Assembly (NCBI RefSeq): GCF_964355755.1
Contig: NC_092671.1
Span: 35,412,304-35,476,303 of the forward strand
DNA: 64,000 nucleotides
Direction of reading: 5' to 3'
DNA from: Antedon mediterranea
Lineage: Eukaryota > Animalia > Echinodermata
How positions within the stretch are numbered: position 1 is the first letter of the stretch; every line of letters starts with the position of its first letter. Under the pieces are notes generated by a model, which saw nothing but the letters and a program-made list of their open reading frames with translations, was not told the DNA's origin and made no database searches. The position numbers were made by a program, and so were the translations under genes. Positions 59,044-64,000 of the stretch are shown here, piece by piece.

Positions 59044-61367
59044 TTTATATCAACCTAAAATATTGCAAATTTTAGTGCAGTATTAAAGTGTTTAAACATT
59101 CTATGATACAGTGTCACATATGTATCACATGTGATGCCTGTATCATAATGTAGGCCTTAAGCCTTACCTAAAAGTAAAAGGTGTCACATGTGATAGGGTG
59201 TGTCACTGTATTACAGAATTTTCCTATGACACTGGACACATACTGTAATACCATATGTAGCGATACAGTACAGAGAATTGGGTGCAGTATATAAATAGTA
59301 TTATTGTAAAATAATATTGATAATTTATTGCTAAGTCTAACAAAAAGAGTAGTGTGTGTGAATTTTAAAATAATTAACATAGTTTCTTTCAATTTTTAAT
59401 TATTCATAAATACGACATTTATATTGGTGGTCCGTTAATATCAAGGTGTTAAGTTAGTAACATCATTCATTAAAACCACATGTTGAATTCATTTTGCACA
59501 TTTACAATAAACTTCGAAATTTGGTGGAAGAAAATATATAATTGGATTGAATAAATTAATAAAATTGCTTTTATTGTTATTTACTGATGATATTAACAGT
59601 ATTTTAGGTATAAAATTACTAAAACATAATTTGATATTTTTTTGTATTGTTTAATAAATGAAAAAATAATCGTTGGGTAATTCTGGTTGCGCGATACTAC
59701 AGTAGTCGTAAAAAAAGTATTCTGTTTCGGTCCCATTAAACACCACACAACACTATATATAATAGTATCCAACATGTCCCCTAGGGCACTAAAGGGAAAT
59801 ATCTAGAGGGTGGGGTATTAAGGAGTATGTTTTGATTGTGATTATTTAGGGGTTGTGTACTAAACTTGATTAGCATCTAGGGTTAGACGCGTGTGCTACT
59901 ATTATATATAGCGTTGTGTGGCATGTGTTGGACCTTCTGTTTATCTCCAACAGAATATAAATATAAAATATTTGAACATAACTTAAACAATATAGAAGGA
60001 TATATATAAACTATTTATGATTAATGTATTTATTAACTATGGATGTTTTATGTATAGATAGATTTATAATTTAGTATCGTAAGTTTGTTGATTAAGTTGC
60101 AAACTGATTGAATATGATCCTGAGTTTTGGTCTAAGTCCGCACGGTGGTGTACTTCATTCTAGAGAGGGTAAAGCAAAGAAAAAGGGTACATGGTAACTA
60201 TGACAACATGCAAACAAAAACAATACATTAGATGATTATTCAAACAAACAAAAAATTAAGAAAAAAACTTCGAAAACACACGTTATAAAAATACAAGCTA
60301 GAAAAAATGTTAAGCAAAGTTGCACAACTGCAAGCATAAAAACATAATGAAAATTGGATGAAATAAAACAGTGATAACTATCGATATATAAAATTAAAAC
60401 ACTCTGTAATGGAATATTTTGGCCACCATGATATTTGGACACAACACTGTAAACAAATGTTATTCTGTTAACAAATTCAATGCAGAAAATCAAAACGATA
60501 GGTGCAATATAGGTAGAGTGTAAAAAATATCACATGTGACAAAACATGTGAATTTGGGAAATTACAACATGCAACAGCAAACCATTCAACAAATTAATAT
60601 TGCTTAATTATAGTTTGGGAAAAAAATTATGAATAAAAATATGAATTGTTTCAGCGATGGTATAATATAATTAAAAAGTCATAGCAGGGACATCATTTTC
60701 ATAGTAGTGCCGTAGTAGAGTGAACTGTATTGTAATTCAGTATGCTTGGTAAGGAAGGGAGAGGGAGGAGGGGTTGGGAGTGAAGGGGTTGGGAGTGGAG
60801 GGGTAGGTAGTGGAGGGGTGGGGAGAAGAGGGGTGGGGAGAGATTTATTAGGAAGGTTTATGGACGTTTACGGAATTCTACAAATCTCAGAGTTTAAATT
60901 GTTGTCACACTTCATGTTAGTTACAGTATGTCTGTAATACCAAATAATAACTAGATATGATAAATACATTAACTAATTACTTACAATATCTAAATAATTA
61001 GTAAAAAACATTTACATCTAAATATTAATATATCAGTTTTTATATAATACAATTTATAAACAATTATATTGCTAACAATAACAACAATAACGTCTTAATT
61101 ATATGGATTTTAAAGGTATTATGATGCAGTCTGCAAACTAAATTAGTTGGTAATATTGTGGTATTGAAGAGAATGTCTATGTATATATACTGTCTACAGC
61201 CTATGCACATGTTGATATAAATTAATAAAATGTATCTGTAACTAGGATATAGTGGACAGACAACTCTATCGAAACCAGAAAGTTGTCCAAACCTGCTTCC
61301 CCTCAATAGTTCCTTACTATCCAAAATTACTTCTAAAAACTAAACTTTTCTGGAATCTGATTTACTA

Positions 61368-61652
61368 AGGCGTCGTGTTTCCACAGCCAAATAATTAACC
61401 AATAATTAACCGATAAAATTAACCGATAAACTGCCTGTGGAAACTGGACACTTGATGAAAAAATTACCGATAATTATCTCATTCAAATCGGATAATTATC
61501 AGATAATTGACATCAATTTTAACCTTTGACCTGAAGGACAAATCGTTGAGTTGTGATTGGGCACCTGGTTGTTAGGTAATGACTGATCATGCACACTTTA
61601 TTGTTAACAAAAATTAACTGATAATTTTATTTTGGCTGCGGAAACACGGCCT
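61368..61652. mobile_element. Harbinger-like MITE
   Basis: TIR cgtgtttccacagccaaa / tttggctgcggaaacacg; repeated accgataa. Confidence 0.7.
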
Positions 61653-61991
61653 AAGTTCATTGTATCATTAATTAGTAAGTGTCTAGGTAAATAAATTAAT
61701 GAATATATTATGTAATATAATTAATGAATACATGTTGCAATGTAATTAGGCAATGTCTATCTGATGGCGTAACTTTTAATTTAGGTGGAAAACACGAAAT
61801 ATGAATATTACAAAATACAGCATGGACCTTCAATTTATAGGTCCATGAATAAAGTATTGCACAGAAGAGGTAAGCAACTCTGAAAAGCTGAACTATTGCT
61901 AAAAGCATGATTGCTTGAAAACTGGTGGGAACTTAATCATTAAACATGGGGTTAGTAAACCCATTATTATTACAAATACTCCTTCATCTAA

Positions 61992-62185
61992 AGGTCAACT
62001 CAGACAGCGTCGTACGGCAAGGCTTTACAAAATATATGCGTTGAATCACGACGAGACGAGTCATTTTAAGTTAACGTTGGGCGTAGTTTTTAGGTCGTCG
62101 CGAGAACTGTAAACATGTTTAATTTTCTCGTGACGAGACGACTCGTCAGGCAGTCCTCATCGTACAACGCTGTCTGAGTTGGCCA
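61992..62185. mobile_element. Harbinger-like MITE
   Basis: TIR ggtcaactcagacagcgt / acgctgtctgagttggcc, TWA flanks. Confidence 0.75.
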
Positions 62186-62404
62186 TTATGCAACATTGTA
62201 ACACTTTTCTCACATACCCAACGAAAATTGAATTGCATTTATGATTTACAAAAACAAATTAGCAATTTTCATCAATTTGAAATGCTTCGTTCCATCAAAA
62301 CTCATTAAAATTGTTTTCATTCACGAATTAAACATAAAACCAAACTTTGTCACTTGTCTTTTATGTTCTCACACTTTTAAAGATTGGATACATTGGTCTT
62401 GTTT

Positions 62405-62531
62405 CTACACCTCACTGATTTTGTATTTTGTTCTATCTATGAGGACCTTTTTACCTACCGATGTGGTTGCTGCAATGGTGTTGGAACTCTGAGATTGTGA
62501 TTGCTCAACCTCTTCTTGAGAAAGTTGTTTA
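62405..62531 (-). CDS. Terminal coding exon of unidentified gene (KQLSQEEVEQ...RTKYKISEV*)
   Basis: Acceptor ctttttttttag in phase 2, stop TAG at 62405-62407. Confidence 0.72.
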
Positions 62532-62612
62532 CTAAAAAAAAGTGAAAAACAACAAAAATAAGGGTTTGTCTACTTCATGTATATGTAAATTTCATCACAG
62601 TCATAACTGTAC

Positions 62613-62756
62613 AACTCTGTTTTACACTGTTGAAAAAAAAAGTGTGATGGTAAATATGGTAGTGATATGTCCAAATATGGTAGTGATATGATATCATCAT
62701 ATCCATATATGGGCAGGCACATATTTTTTGTCACATAATGTTGATAGCGTAGACAT
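62613..62756. mobile_element. MITE family A, degenerate copy in intron of gene 2
   Basis: Core units and degraded TIRs. Confidence 0.7.
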
Positions 62757-63054
62757 GAAAAATGAAGATTACTAAAATCAGACTTTAAGTAGGCCATTTT
62801 GCAGTTTTAATAAAGTTATGTAGAAAAAAAAACCACAAAAATACTTATTCACTTATAAAAAGGCCAAAGAAACGATTAAATTTAACCAAAAACAATTGAA
62901 GTATTTTTGCTTTAAATTACTTTTTTTGCAGGTAAAAAAAAAATCTGTTTTTGGTCAAAGTGAATAATTGACTTTATTGACAATTGACATTAAAATTTCT
63001 TATTCAAAAAATAAAAATTTTTTTTTTTCTGGAAACAGTACGTGTTATACTTAC

Positions 63055-63241
63055 TTAGACGTATCAGCTGTGGTCTCATTACTGGTTTGTTCAGGCTCTA
63101 CTTCTTTAAACCGAATCTCTTCACTGTCCACTATTTCTTTACTCTCTTGCTTTACTTCTACAGTGGAGTCATCGTCTATTACGTCTTCAAACATTGGAGG
63201 TCTGTTTGGTACTAGGTCTGGTTGAGTTTTCGGTCGTGCTC
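63055..63241 (-). CDS. Internal exon of unidentified gene (ARPKTQPDLVPNRPPMFEDVIDDD...)
   Basis: Acceptor poly-T aatag, donor AA|GTAAGT, 187 nt, phase 1-2, compatible with both neighbours; acidic open frame. Confidence 0.8.
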
Positions 63242-63764
63242 CTATTAAAAAAAAAAAAAAATGAGAATCAATTTTTGTTTATTCATTAATTATCAAAAAT
63301 ATACTGGAATTGTCAATTTATAGATTTACAATAATGTAAATGGGGAATAACCTGCGACTTGCAGCCTACTGGGCTGAATTGCGCACAGGTGTGGACGACA
63401 GATAGCACAATTTTGTACTCTCTTAAGAGTCCCTTGATGTCAAATGCTGCCACAAATGGCGGCCATTCCCTGTAACGTATAATAATTTGACAGAGCCAGG
63501 TGGTCGAAACAGGTAATAATTTAATAATAATAATTGTATTTTGCATCTAGCGCCTAACCAAAATAAAAGCACTACAATCACAATGCTCAAACTAGGTAGA
63601 AAATATGTCATTTCATATGCTATGCAAAAGAGATGGGTTTTCAGCAATTGTTTGATTGATTGATTGATTGTGTGAAGAGCATTCCATAAGAATACAGGTA
63701 AAACAAAGGTAGGTTGTTTATGTATATTGGGCTACTATTACCTAACCATGAAGAATATGCTTAC

Positions 63765-63944
63765 CTGTCGGAATTGTGGGGTCTGAAAGACCTACAGCTG
63801 ATTTGTACGACAGTGGCCTTTCTTGATTGGTTGTCTGCGGGTCCATTATTTCTGAGGGCGCTGTTTTTGAGCGAGGTCGATTTATTGAAGATGAACTGTG
63901 AAAGCTAGTCTGTCCTTTCCTCTTCGATGGTGAATGTTTTAATG
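63765..63944 (-). CDS. Internal exon of unidentified upstream gene (LKHSPSKRKG...RPRSKTAPSE...RPLSYKSAV)
   Basis: Acceptor ttttctacag, donor ACAG|GTAAGC, 180 nt, phase 1-1, open frame. Confidence 0.8.
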
Positions 63945-64000
63945 CTGTAGAAAATATATTTATAAAATCATTCAATAAATGAAATATAAAAGCTAAAAGA

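Noticed and set aside
7836-62797. Recurring short ORFs containing HDDVISLPYLG as a peptide family
   Set aside because: All are chance translations of MITE family A; frames and ends are not conserved.

Overview
AT-rich (roughly one-third GC by eye) eukaryotic genomic DNA with GT-AG introns. It is most like an invertebrate deuterostome or echinoderm (inference from SINE and MITE types), and there is nothing prokaryotic and no CRISPR array. Most of the window is one minus-strand gene of the ENTREP/FAM189 family. It has 5 phase-0 coding exons (51284-51072, 43793-43737, 34797-34456, 17821-17528, 13371-11227) encoding about 1016 aa: a CD20-like 4-TM N-terminus, three PPxY motifs, a long disordered tail and the C-terminal RETIL. 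The last three coding exons of a second, unidentified minus-strand gene (ending ...KYKISEV*) are at 62405-63944. Introns and flanks are packed with non-autonomous transposons (Harbinger-like TWA-TSD MITEs, Kolobok-like TTAA elements, Tc1/pogo elements, a foldback MULE, an Academ-like MITE, a Helentron/HINE, tRNA-SINEs, a CR1 tail) and tandem repeats. The most notable observations are: a strong excess of TACAGTA/TACTGTA that can be traced as 5-bp Tc1/mariner-type footprint insertions; a ~17-copy MITE carrying tandem CArG boxes; candidate in-frame internal first exons of ENTREP; a minisatellite sitting next to its unexpanded seed; and a 37-bp palindromic element with a 7-bp TSD. I see no convincing new multi-gene system.
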